From Harriotta raleighana (lineage: Eukaryota), in the NCBI GenBank assembly GCA_050575255.1, contig JBNZDD010013198.1, forward strand, positions 7,137 to 71,136: a stretch of DNA of 64,000 nucleotides. The letters are read 5' to 3'. A program made the translations under genes and the position numbers. Within the stretch, counting starts at the first letter, position 1, and the number at the start of each line of letters is the position of its first letter. The notes beneath the pieces were generated by a model. The model did no database searches. It worked only from the letters and a program-made list of their open reading frames with translations, and was not told the origin of the DNA. Positions 50,630 through 63,609 of the stretch are shown here, piece after piece.

Positions 50630-51245
50630 AGCCAATCAGGGGGCGTCAGTTTTCAGTTGGAGTAAGTTGTCTCTCACAATGTCGGATAGGCAAGCAATCA
50701 TGATGGCAGTAGAGCTGCAGTTAAGGGATGAAGCAGAAAGCTGGAGTTGGGTATTATCTGCGTACATGTGAAAATTTATCCCATGTCTCCAGATGATGCC
50801 ATTGAGGGACAGTATGGAGAGGGTGAAGGAGAGGGCAATCGAGGACAGAGCCCTGAGCAACGTTGCATGAGATGGTGCCGTGTTATTAAGTCATTGGCAG
50901 ACAAGAACTGGAGGTGGTATGAAAGATAGAACTGGATCCANTGTGGCTAGAAGTTAAGTCATTGGCAGACAAGAACTGGAGGTGGTATGAAAGATAGAAC
51001 TGGATCCAGTCCAGGACAGAACCTTGAAGGTTGACGTGGAAGAGAGATGGTTGGGATATCGTTTGTGTCCTTGACTGGAGCAGTTGTCAGCCTTCGGGCA
51101 GCGAGGAAGTTCGATTCGAGGGAGTTGTGAAGGGAATGTGATAAGAAAATGGAGCAACACTCAGGGGCAATGCCTCTTTCAAGTACCTTTGACAGAAAAG
51201 GAAGGTTTGAGATGGACCAGAAGCTTGACAGCTATGACACATCAA
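50630..51245 (-). mobile_element. L2 LINE RT fragment
   Basis: HGINFHMYADNTQL motif. Confidence 0.75.
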
Positions 51246-51269
51246 GGGAACGTTCCTGAAGGTTTGGCC

Positions 51270-51595
51270 TTCCGAAATTCCTTGGATACTGGAATGGTTC
51301 CCATTGATTGGAAGGTTTGAATTGTAACACCATTAATTATGAAGGGTGGGAGAAAAACATGGAGAGTCATAAACTCGTTAATCTGTCGTTAATAGAATGG
51401 AAAATTCTAGAATTTTTAATCAGGGAAATCATCATGAGGTTCTTAGAAAACTATAACATAATTAGGCAGAGTCAACAGCAAAAGCGATACCATGTTTAAC
51501 AACTCTTTTAGAGTTTTTTTTGACAAGATAAATAGTAGGTTAGATAGGGCGGAATCAATAGATGAGGTGTATTTGGATTTTCATCAGGCATTTGA
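51270..51595 (+). mobile_element. CR1 LINE RT fragment
   Basis: SLDTGMVPIDWK, IIRQSQ and VYLDF motifs. Confidence 0.75.
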
Positions 51596-52275
51596 GAGTG
51601 GAAATCGCTGTGGAACTGCTATTGAGAGTGGTGTTAGGTAATAGTCGAGAGACAATCTGTAGTAAGGAAGTCAATTAACGAACAACAGGAATTCAAGTAT
51701 TCGGTACAAACAAAGTTTTATTTTAAGCCACATACACACAAGAGACCAATCGTATGTGTAAGCAAGGTCAGTTGTCCCTAATAGACAAAAGACCCCGTTT
51801 ACTTCTTCCTATGTTACTTATACTAAACTGCTATCTTCTCATCTTCCGGAGCCGTTCTCTCCTTAACCCAATCATTAACGAATTGGGTAAACACGTTTTC
51901 AAGCTTATACATATGGTATTGTGATCGTAATCAGTTAGTCTTGCAGTCAATCTGTTCAGGGCCACCAGAATGATAGGTACGTTTGCCCTATCTAGCGCAA
52001 TCAGGACTTTGTCCGCTCATTGTTCTGTCTGTCGCCACCGGTTCTCGATTCGTTCCACATAGTACCCACGCTGTGGATTGAGCAGACGCTGTGGTTTCTT
52101 AGAGTAATGGCGACAGAGAGACGTTACAGAAAATAACACGTGTTCCCTGTAATGGCACCTTTACCCTCTCTGCTTCCTTTTAAGCTCTTCTAATTGTTGC
52201 TAGTCTTAGTTTAAGTGAATAACTGTGACAAGCTTTAAAACATAACATAAAGATTAGTTCTTATTTTCTCTAACA

Positions 52276-52653
52276 NNNNNNNNNNNNNNNNNNNNNNNNN
52301 NNNNNNNNNNNNNNNNNNNNNNNNNNNNNNNNNNNNNNNNNNNNNNNNNNNNNNNNNNNNNNNNNNNNNNNNNNNNNNNNNNNNNNNNNNNNNNNNNNNN
52401 NNNNNNNNNNNNNNNNNNNNNNNNNNNNNNNNNNNNNNNNNNNNNNNNNNNNNNNNNNNNNNNNNNNNNNNNNNNNNNNNNNNNNNNNNNNNNNNNNNNN
52501 NNNNNNNNNNNNNNNNNNNNNNNNNNNNNNNNNNNNNNNNNNNNNNNNNNNNNNNNNNNNNNNNNNNNNNNNNNNNNNNNNNNNNNNNNNNNNNNNNNNN
52601 NNNNNNNNNNNNNNNNNNNNNNNNNNNNNNNNNNNNNNNNNNNNNNNNNNNNN
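52276..52653. other. Assembly gap
   Basis: Run of 378 N. Confidence 1.
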
Positions 52654-54620
52654 ACAGTCCCGAAAAGAAGGTATCCATTTCCTGGACAATTGGACCACTA
52701 TTTTTGATTTTGTGGGATCTTTACCTTGAGGATTGGCGGCACTGAAGCAAGGCAGGGGTGAGCTTCCTTGCCAAGAGACCATCAAATGCTGTAGGGGCGC
52801 ATTTAAACTAGTGTCGAGGGGGATAGATATCCAAGGATAAACAATGGAGTAGAGACTAGAGGAAAAGAACAAGTGGGAAGCGTAGAGCAGGAATAAGAGG
52901 ACAATTTCCTCAAATGCATGTACCTAAATGCACGTAGCTTAGTGAATAAGCTTAATGAGCTGCAGATTCAAATGGCCATAGGGATTACGATGTGGTGGCA
53001 GTAACCGAGACATGGCTCAAGCCAGGACAGGAATGGGAGTTAAATATTCCAGGTTATAATGTAATCGGGAAGGATAGAGATGGAAGAAAAGGAGGAGGGG
53101 AGGCAATATTAGTTAAGTATACAATTATAGATGCAGAAAGAAATGAGGCTCTGGAGGGCCCGACAACAGAATCCATCTGGTTAGAGATCAGAAATAAGAA
53201 AGGAGTGATTACACTGATAGGGGTTTACTATAGACCACCAGAGAGTGGGAATAAGATAGAGGAGCAGATCTGCACCTAGATCGCGGATAGATGTAAGGCG
53301 AACAGAATTGTAATAATGGGGTTTTCAATTATCCCATTATAGACTGGCAAAATAGCAGCGCTAAGGGCACAGCAGAACAAAGATTTATAGACTATGTATA
53401 GGAAAATTTTCTTGAGCAATTTGTCTCCAGTCCTACGAGGAACCATGCATTGCTGGATCTTGTCCTGGGGAATGAAATAGGTCAAGTTGAACAGGTTTTG
53501 GTAGAGGAGCATTTAAGTAATAGTGACCATAATATTATTAGATTTAGATTTATCATGAAGAGGGACAAAGTACAGTCAACTGTTTAAATGCTTGAATTGA
53601 AAAGGTCTAAAAAGGGACCTGGAATTGGACTGGCATGCAAGACTGGCAGCTAAAACGACTCATGAGCAATGAGAGATCTTCAAAGATATGATAGCTCAAG
53701 GTCTAAATAGACGTATTCGCACAAAAGGTAAATGGGTGACAGCCTGGATGCCCAGGATATTCTATCTAGGATGAAAAAAAAAAAGATGGCATTCAATAGT
53801 TTGAAGACACAAGATACTGAGGATAGCAAAACACATTATAGAAAATGCAGGAATGATCTTAAAAGAGTGCTAAGACAGGCTAAAATATCGCATGAGAAGA
53901 GGTTAGCAGGGAACATAAAGGGGAATCCTAAAATATTTTATCAGCACATAAAGGAAAAAAAGGTTAGCAAAAGGTAGGGTGGGGCCAATCAAAGACAATG
54001 ATGGCAATTTTGTTGTGGAGGCAGAGGGCATGGCTGATGTACTGAGTGACTACTTTGCATCTGTCTTCACAACGGAAATGCATGCCCCAAATGCGGCAGT
54101 ATTGAATGAGAGTGTAGAGGAAATCGATTACCATTGACAGAGAGGAAGTAATGAAAATATTGACTGGGATCAAACTTGACAAGTCACAAGGACCAGATGG
54201 GTTTCACCCAAGGTTGCTTTCGGAGATACAGGTTCAAATAGCGGAGGCTTTGTCCATCATATTTCAATCTTCATTGGACGCAGGAGTGGTGCCAAGAGAC
54301 TGTAGATTGGCTAATGTTACCCAGCCTCTACAAAAAGTGGCAGAAATTCAAACCTGGAAAGTACAGGCCAGTCAGCCTTACTTCGATAATTGGAAAACTA
54401 CTTTAGAGCATAATCCGGGCCAGAATAAATCTCCATTTAGAGGAACACGAGATCATTAGAGACAGCCAACATCGATTTGTTAAAGGCAAATCTTGCCTAT
54501 TAAATCTAATAGAATTTTTTAAAGAGGTGACGGCGAGGGTTGATGAGGGAAATGTGGTGGACCTTATTTACATGAATTTCAAAACGGCTTTTGACACAAT
54601 ACCGCATAAGAGATTACAAC
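52654..54620 (+). mobile_element. CR1-type LINE: ORF1 end plus ORF2 APE endonuclease and RT N-terminus, decayed
   Basis: CMYLNARSLVNK, VAVTETWLKP, GVYYRPP, SDH and KSQGPDGFHPRLL motifs with stops and frameshifts. Confidence 0.9.
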
Positions 54621-54624
54621 AAGC

Positions 54625-55140
54625 AGGCAGGGGGAGCCCTGGTCATAGATACAGAGGATATCGTTTGTGACTTTCACAAGTGCAGTCTCTATAATGTGTA
54701 CAGGCAGAAACCAGATTGTGGGGCTTCGAAAAGGGAATGGTAAGAGCATTGTTGCGGAGTTGCTTGGCTAAAATGCATTCAAGCACTTTGCAAAGGAAGG
54801 GCAGGTTAGACAAAGGGCGGTAGTGGCTAGAGTTAGAGGGATCTAGGTTAGATTTTTTGAGTAGCGGGGTGATAATGGTAGTTTTGAGGGGGGCAGGGAC
54901 TCATCCTATGAAGAGGGATTGATATCTGGTGTGAGCCAGCAGTAGGCGAAGGAGGGTGAGTTGGTGGAGCAATAATTTGGTGGGAATGTGATGTAGGTAG
55001 CGGGTGGTAGTCTTTATTGCACTGTTGGTAGATGAGAGGGAGGAAGAGCAGACGGGGTAGAAAGATTGTAGGAACAGGGTTTTTGAAGAAGCTGATGATG
55101 GAAGGATGAAGAGGACGGAATGAAAGTGCTAGCGGGATAT
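54625..55140 (-). mobile_element. L2 LINE RT fragment
   Basis: G-rich strand; the minus strand reads a NL.PL.KVLE-like RT remnant. Confidence 0.55.
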
Positions 55141-55727
55141 ATAGGAGTGGGATTACTTTCGGTAGCTCCTTCAAAGAGTTGGCATTGACTTGATGATCTG
55201 AATGCCTTCTCCTTTGCTGAGGAACTCTTGGGTTCTAATTATTTAATTTTTACATCGGCAAATTCCCTCCTCTATTAAGATATTTCTGATCCTTCATTCT
55301 GTTTGTGGATTGTTTCCTCATTAACCTTGTACTAATGAGGAAACAATCGTGAATAATTCCTTTATAAATAATGAGATTAATAAACTTTCACTTAATCCAA
55401 AGATTTTTGTTGTACTCTGCTGTGCCCAATTGCCTTCTATGCTTCGTCCACAATTTACCCAGTGAATTCACTTCACAGCAAGTTTTGTGAAGCACTTTGA
55501 GACATACTGAATAATTCAGAATATGCTTTATCGAATGGAAGCATTACAAAAAATTATTAATCTCCATGTTGGGTTCAAGCAACTGTTACTAATTAATTTG
55601 ATGACATAACGAACTGCCTATCTGTCTCCAGGGCCAAGTCTTTCCTCCATAAATAGTAACGTGCTTGTGTGAATCTGCATTTAACTAGAGACTAAATTAC
55701 TCATACAGGGGGAGACACTTCACTCAA

Positions 55728-55797
55728 ATGGAGAATCCAACAGTTGTAGACGTTGAAGCTATATACTATCCAATTCTCGCAGTCATCGGTGTACCTG
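55728..55797 (+). CDS. GPR139/GPR142-like GPCR gene B, exon 1 (MENPTVVDVEAIYYPILAVIGVP)
   Basis: ATG at 55728, 23 codons plus 1 nt, GTAACT donor at 55798. Phase matches exon 2. Confidence 0.88.
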
Positions 55798-57964
55798 GTA
55801 ACTACATCACCTGTTCAATCTTTCAAATATCAATTAGATACAGATTTATCTTTGAAAATATTATTATGAAAGCAATATTAAAGGAACTTGGATTATTGCT
55901 GCAATGCACTTCTCGCTAGTCTTCCCAGGTCCACCATTCAAATGATCCAGAAGTCAGATTCAGAACAGTGAAGACTAAATTCTGACACAGAACTAAGTTT
56001 TTATCCACATCTCACCATTCATGTTTGTGTTTAAAGCACACTGATGAGGCATGAGATGGATTGAGGTACAGGTTTTCTGCGATAGAATCCCAGAGTGTGG
56101 GGGCCGAGATGGTGACTGACTGAGCAACAATGGTGAGGCAGCAAATATGGGTAACCTGAAGATGGTCAATTTCTACTGAGTGGAGAGAGTGGCTGATATG
56201 GGTTTGGGATGTCGGATTTAGGGTGGCAGGGAAAACTGTGGAGGGCATTCAAGCAAGTGAAGATAGGCAAGAATCGAGGTAATTGGTTTGCTGAGCCTGG
56301 TGCAGGAGAGGAGATGGTCTGGTAGCCTGTTGCGATAGAGGCAGGAGTTTGAAAACTAATCTTGGGATTATCACCTCAAATTCCTGGTTCAAGTTCGGGT
56401 GTTGTACTCTCCATTCTTTGTTCATATTGACCTTGAATATCCCCAAGCACTACTTGAAACATTGTGGAGTCGGGCAGCTCAGTGATTACACTACTCGTCA
56501 AGCAAGAGGCAATCTTGGTTGCAATTCCTGGCAGAGCAAAATGTTGGGCAAGTGCCATGCTTNATTCTTTGTTCATATTGACCTTGAATATCCCCAAGCA
56601 CCACTTGAAACATTGTGGAGTCGGGCAGCTCAGTGATTACACTACTCGTCAAGCAAGAGGTACTCTTGGTTGCAATTCCTGGCAGAGCAAAATGTTGGGC
56701 AAGTGCCATGCTTCCTCATGTCTTTGTTCACCTGGCAGTAAGCGAAATGTAAGTTGATTTCTGCAATGCTTTTCTGAGAATAATAAATCAGTCAAAAAAT
56801 AATAAAATTTTCACGCAATCCATAAATGTATTTGGAACACAGCTGTGGCCAATAGGCAAAACACACATACAATTCATTTTGCAGAATATACACCTATGCA
56901 TTTTAAGACGACTGAAAATGTCATGGGTTTTTTTCAGTTATCTTTGCAACGAACACCACAAATCCTTCACTTCAGGGTAGTTCGTAGAATGTATTAAAAC
57001 TTTTCCAGATATGATATACTGCATGAAATGTAATTATTATGATTTAAAAAAATCAAAGTGTTGAGAGATGTGGGTAAAAAATATTAAATAAATTAATATG
57101 GGCAATCGGAGCCCTCACTTAACTGCCATTATAATAGTTGTGGAATTCTGAACGATATTGGCTAGAACACTTTCCTCGCAAGTGAAAGGAAGCGGGTTTA
57201 TTTCTTACGCAGATTGAAAGGCTGGGAAAGTTTCCGTACCAAATGTTTGTCCAGCAGTAAGTAGGAACCCAGTTATTAGTCAATTGATACATTGCTTTTA
57301 TGTGAGTAATAGTCCCATTAAAATAATGTTTGTAATTGGGTTACTTAAGCACGACTGTTTGTGGGACACTATTGGCTGCGACTTTGTGATTGGCTACGAC
57401 TTTTCACCCACGAACCAAACAGTCAGTTCACTATACAGTGTATTCTCTAACCGGGTTTGGCATTTCAAATACACAATAACACAATAATACATATTAAATT
57501 CAACGATTGTTATTAGTAGTTTATTGTGCACCTTTCCTCTGCATATTTATTGAGCGAGCGAAATGCACAGCCAATTACTCACAGCGGTGAAAATAAAGTT
57601 TAAAGTGGAGCAATGAATAATTGGTGCACTTGAAACCTTCCAAGGGTAGAAACCATCCAGGGAATAGAACTGGAGTCAGACAGCTCTATGCTACGGACTC
57701 CACGATTAAACTAACTAAACTATCTGAAGGTGAACACAACAGCAAATTTGCACACATTAAGGTCAAATTACCAAATGGTTACATCAATCACTAATTTTAT
57801 CTTGTTTAACTGTAGATATCTACTAAACAGCAGCTACTACCTTCTCTTTTTTCAAGTGTGGTATAGGATCTTAAATGTCCTTCCGAACAGGCACAGCTGA
57901 AATCTGGTTTCATTTTGAAGTATTTTAACAACAAACATCAGTACTGTCACTTAGTTGCGCCCAT

Positions 57965-59360
57965 TAGGCAGGATAGAGACACAAAGCAATTGGTAGTGGT
58001 NGGATAGAGTCACAAAGCAATTGGTAGTGGTGGAGCCTGACCCCGATACATTGCAAGAGAGAGGGTGGAGGTGATTGTATGCAGGTTGAAAAGACAAAAA
58101 CGTTACGTGAGATTTGAAGGTTGGGGATGACATCAATGCAGCAGAATTCAGGGAGAGAGTTCCAGAGGTTCGGATTGTTTTGGGTAAAGTCACTGCCATC
58201 CATGCCTTGTAAGGATTGGGGTGACGTGGGTACAGAAAATCGTGCAGGTGAGTTTCCATTTAATNCATCAATGCAGCAGAATTCAGGGACAGAGTTCCAG
58301 AGGTTCGGATTGTTTTGGGTAAAGTCACTGCCATCCATGCNAGGTTGGGGATGACATCAATGCAGCAGAATTCAGGGAGAGAGTTCCAGAGGTTCGGATT
58401 GTTTTGGGTAAAGTCACTGCCATCCATGCCTTGTAAGGATTGGGGTGACGTGGGTACAGAAAATCGTGCAGGTGAGTTTCCATTTAATTGAGTTTTTAGT
58501 TAATTGAATTTTGCGTATGGTGCCGCTAAGGAGACAACGAATCGTAGCATCGGAAAAGTCCAGCGAGGAATTGACATAGGCAAGGACGAGGGATTGGACA
58601 GGGTGAAGTTCACGGATGAGGGTTGTGGCAGAAGTGGAACCAAACATCACTGATCAAGTAAAGGATGTGTGCTAGAAAGGATAGCTTGGTATCCAACCTA
58701 ACTGGTGTGTTTCACACGGATTTTGAGGCACTGATGGAGTGCCCTTCATGGTTGATAAATGCAGAACCTGAGTAGGGAAGACATTTGCTATTGACAAAGA
58801 ACATGGAATCCGTCTTGCTGGCATTCACCTGCAAGAAACTTGAGATTCTCAAGGCTGCCAAAACAAGCTATCAGCAGAGGAGAAGAAGTAGATGTGCAAT
58901 CTGCATATTTATCTGTCATATCTATGCAGATGACAACTGCGACATGGAGCAAGTATAGGAGGAAAATAAAAGGGGTCACGAATGGAAACTGATGGGGGTG
59001 GAAGGAAAACTCTGTGGCCAATGTGACGTGGAGGTAATAGGTTAAGTAGAACTCAAACCATCAGTGATGACCCACGTAAATAGATGATTGTGGTGAGGCA
59101 GTGGTGAAAGATTGCATGATCGACTGTGTTGAACAGAGATTAGGATGTCCAACAGGAGGAGATTAAGAGGTCCAGGAGGTAGCAGAGAGAGAGTCCTGCT
59201 TGCAGGGAGAGATTATGCCATTTGTTCCTTTGACGAGCATGGTCTCTGTGCTGTGGACTGGCTGAGAAACAACTGGAGGGCTTTCAAAGCGGAATTAAAG
59301 AAAAGTGCGTGAAGTTGGCTTATAACAATGCGTTAATCTTTTTTGGCCAGGAACGGCTGG
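57965..59360 (-). mobile_element. L2 LINE fragments in the gene B intron
   Basis: Decayed LWNSLP, HSTETML and YAD remnants. Confidence 0.65.
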
Positions 59361-60720
59361 TTATAAATGGAAATATACTCAGGTGGGTGACTGACACATG
59401 CAAAAATGCATAGCGGTGCTTTAGTCTATCTGAACCAAATATAAATTTTCAAAATGTTTTTCACCTACATGGAAAGTCCGAGGTTTTAAATGTTATTGAT
59501 GCTCCCTTTCTGGAGGGATACATCCTGCTGACATATTTTGGGAATGGTGATATTTGGCCAGTACAATGTTTTCGGCACAGCAGAGAATGTTTTGAAGTAC
59601 AATCATCTTACCAATTCAACACTTTCTCGTATGCTTTCCACCTGCTTGATCATCTACCAATCATGGCTTTGGCTTGTAGAGTTAACAGCAGATGAGCAGG
59701 TGTATTTCCTCATTCCAGTGAATGGTCAGGCCTTCCCATTCCTTCTGATGAGCCAGGCTGTCATCAGCTGTGCCCTAGAATACTGCATTTTGCGTCTCAG
59801 CATTCAGGCCACTTTACAACCTTGGAGAAGGCCAGGTAAGCTATGCAGAAAACAGGTTTACTACACTTCCACAAACCAGATAAAAGTTCAAATTATGGAA
59901 AAACGATTTTTGCATTTCATGTCACAGGTTATCGAGAATTTTTAATGTTTGAAAGTGCTTTACAGACTATACAGCAATAATCTGGACTTGTAGAGCGCCT
60001 TCCACACAGTGTATTATGTTGGCGTGTTAACCGTAGCACAGCAAGACTTGAAAAAGTGGAGATGTGGAAAGGTGGGGGGATTGATGGAGAGTTTTCCAGA
60101 GTTTTGGGATGTATCAATATACGTACACCAATGGTGGTGTGGACGGTGCAAGGGACGATCACGATGCAGGTGCTATACCATCGAAGGTACCAATCGGTGG
60201 TTTGCGGGAATGACTTGAATGTACTGTGAATTCAGCCAGACTATATTTTCAGTCTACATCACAGAAAAACACATTAATGTCCCACAAAACATTATGGTTT
60301 GAGTGACATATTAATTAATGGTTTTTTTTGATAGAATTATTGGTACAAGAAATTTGGCAGTCAAATAAATACTAGCTTTCTACTTAACTCTAGTTAAATA
60401 GAGGCACGTACAGTAAGGACTTTGCCCAAAATTTTGTGGTGCTTCGAATCAAATACATATCTCTTACTGGTGAAGCCCAAGGTTGGGCTTCCGGTAGGCA
60501 GAGAGGTAGAGTGGCAACTGAATGCATGGTCAAAGACGAGGGTCTTGAGTCCAGTCTTGGAAATGGAAAGGGAGGGATTGAGGTGAAGGGATACTGGGAT
60601 GGAAAGACTCGGAATAATCGAACACCGTTCCATAATCGCTCAATATCTAGCTCTGTTTTTCCACTCTTATAGCAACATATGCAGAGCATTGTGTAAATGC
60701 AAGTTGTTGTTCTGTTGCAG

Positions 60721-61622
60721 TGAACGTGTTGGCTATAATAGTGCTGTGCCGAAGGCAGTGTGGGCTGAGCGGATGCATCACACTATACCTGGTGGCGATG
60801 GCAGTTGCAGACTTGCTGGTCTTGATCACCGATGTTATCCTCAACCGTATCAACAACATGTACTTCCCAATCAGCTTCCTGCTGCTCACACCAATGTGTA
60901 GTGCCCGTGCTGCTCTGTTGTCCGCTTGCACAGATGCCTCTGTCTGGCTCACCGTGACCTTCACCCTCGACCGCTTTGTGGCCATCTGCTGCCCCAGTCT
61001 CAAGATCCGGTTCTCCAAAGAGAAGAGCGCGGCCTTCATTATTGGAACAGTCGCTACAATTTGCATCCTGAAGAACGTCCCCTGGTACTTTGCCTTTGAG
61101 CCCAGAACAATGTTGAGGAACATGCCATACTTCTGTGTGGCAAGAAGATTGATCTTTACCTCAGTGGGTTGGATCCGGTTTCTGGGAGCTCATCGTGCAC
61201 TCACACCACTTGTGCCCATGCTGCTGGTCATTCTCCTAAACTCTATCACCATCCGGCATATTGTGGTGTCTGGCCGAGTACGCAGGAGGCTGCGGGCTGG
61301 TGGGGGAGGAGGATTTCAAAACGAGCAGGACCCAGAGATGCAGAGCCGCAGGAGGACCATCATCTTGCTCTTTGCCATCTCCGGGAGTTTTGTGATCCTG
61401 TGGCTGACCTATATTGTTCACTTCCTGTTCTTCCCAATGGTTAGTTACAACACTAATGCGGAGGGTGGGACCCATCGTGTGTACATCCTGCAGGAGTCGG
61501 GCGTGATGCTGCAGCTCCTCAGCACCTGCACAAATACCGCCATTTACACTCTGACACAGAGACGCTTCCGAGAGCAAATCTACGATGTCCTCACCACACC
61601 CTGCCGGCTATTCTGTAACTGA
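60721..61622 (+). CDS. GPR139/GPR142-like GPCR gene B, exon 2 (spliced product 323 aa)
   Basis: TTCTGTTGCAG acceptor ending at 60720. The ORF has YLVAMAVAD, FTLDRFVAICCP, an ECL2 Cys (MPYFC) and CTNTAIY. Same intron position as gene A. Confidence 0.92.
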
Positions 61623-62798
61623 AGCTCTCAGCATCTCCAGCACCTACTGAGCTGTGTTGTGTATTTCAGTGTTCCCTCGATTCGCTTGCCTCTTCTCATA
61701 ACTTAAGTCCTCATTCATGATACCATCCTGGTAAACTGTCTTTGCACCCTATCTGAGAATTTTTCATCATTCCTAAAGCATATTGTCCAGGACTAAATAC
61801 AATATTCTATCTTAATCCTCGCAATTGATTCATAAAGTTTCGTGATGTCTTCCTGACACACTTCAAGAAAGTCTGTTTCTACATTCTCCAACCTGCATCC
61901 TACAAAATGCCTGATGGCTGGAGAACGTTCATTATTGTTGGGGTTTCGGCGACCTCAAGAGGTGTAACGATGACCCAACAATCCTTAATATGTATCAGTA
62001 GATTTTAGTTTAACCCACAGAAAAGAAGATTGGAAATAGAACAACAGGTTATTTTAAAACATAAGAAATAATTCAAATAAGAACAACAGGTTAAGACGAA
62101 TACATTCATTATATGCCTATACGTAAGGGATTAAATACATATGAAGAGATTCATACAACATCGTATGACTGATTTTCCGAATAATAGAGTATACTACCGG
62201 TTCAGACTGCACTCTGCTGAGGAATCGTGAGGAGGTCCTCCATTAATACATACCCAACTGGATCTATTCTCGACATTCACATCTCCTACCTTCTCCAACA
62301 CTCCTAATCTCTCTCTAACCTAATCCCTCTCTAATGATATTCTTTTCTCCTAGACTTTTGCTCTACCTGATCAGATTAACATTTCTCTGGAATTCTCCAG
62401 TTTCTCTGTTCCGTCTCATAAAAATTGATTAATGCATCAGCACCCTTCTAATATATCCTAGTCAAATGATGGACTACCTTTCTTACCATTCACTAGCATA
62501 CATGTTTCAGGGTATCATAATCCTTATTCAGATGTAATATTTTCCATCCATCTTGCCACCCTACAGATATGTCAATTAGGTCCATCATCTGGACCCCTGC
62601 TTAACTTTCAATTTGTCTAGTGGGTGACTTCAATCTTGTCAGAATCACGTGGTTCCAGTCGCTTTTGCCTCGGTATCTGCACTTCCTTGTCAGCCGGGTT
62701 AAGGTTCCCATGCTGCAGTCTTCCTCCTAAAGTGCAGTCTTGTTCTGACTGGACATACATACACAGATATATATATTTATGTGTATATATGTGTGTGT

Positions 62799-63120
62799 AT
62801 AATAATAATAATAATCCTTGCATTTGGTATAGCGCTTTTCACATCTTATCGACATCTCAAAGCGCTTCACAGAATATACTGTAAAGTGAATTGACTGTAT
62901 ATTTCTGGGCACAATGCGGCAGCCAATTGCACACAGCAGCGTCCCACAAACAGTCATGGATTGAAATGACCAATTTCATTATTGTTGTCTTTTTGGAGGG
63001 ATTATTATTACGCATGTGGAGTAAGGAAACTTGCCCAAGATTTCACCGTGATCTGCCGGGATTTGAACACAAGTCTCATGCTTATAAGACACGTGCTCTA
63101 ACCACTGATTTGTCAGTCAG
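62799..63120 (-). mobile_element. Same SINE family, young full-length copy
   Basis: (AAT)n tail, core and head. Confidence 0.85.
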
Positions 63121-63609
63121 GTCCATCAACTCGAACCCTGTTAAACTGCAATTTCTCCTGTTGTTGACTTCATCCTTGTCAGTACCGATGTTTCCAGTCC
63201 CTTTTCCCATGCAATCTGCCCTCCCTTATCAGATGGGATAAAGTTCCTATGCCTCAGTCGTCCTCCCAATGTGCAGTTTGGTTTTGACTCGACATACATA
63301 CATTTATATATATATATTCTGCTCCTTACAACCATATGATCACATGAAATCATTCATCCAAATATATTTCATTCATATGCTTTGTTTATTCGTGAATACA
63401 ACATACATAAGTTGTTACTATGGGTGAATGCACCTTAATATATCTCATCAATAGATGACACAGTAAATTGGTACAAAAACTCAGTAAATACTTTTGATCT
63501 TAACATGAGTCAGTGTGCAGAAGTTGGAACGCTGGTTCTTGTCTTGCTGTGGTTAAAAACATCCATCACGCGGACCATAATTAAACAAACCTGTTGAACA
63601 TTACAGACA

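Noticed and set aside
52235-52872. 147-aa and 200-aa ORFs
   Set aside because: They read through the N gap.
60647-61577. Antisense and alternate-frame ORFs over the GPCR exons
   Set aside because: Shadow ORFs of the real coding sequence.
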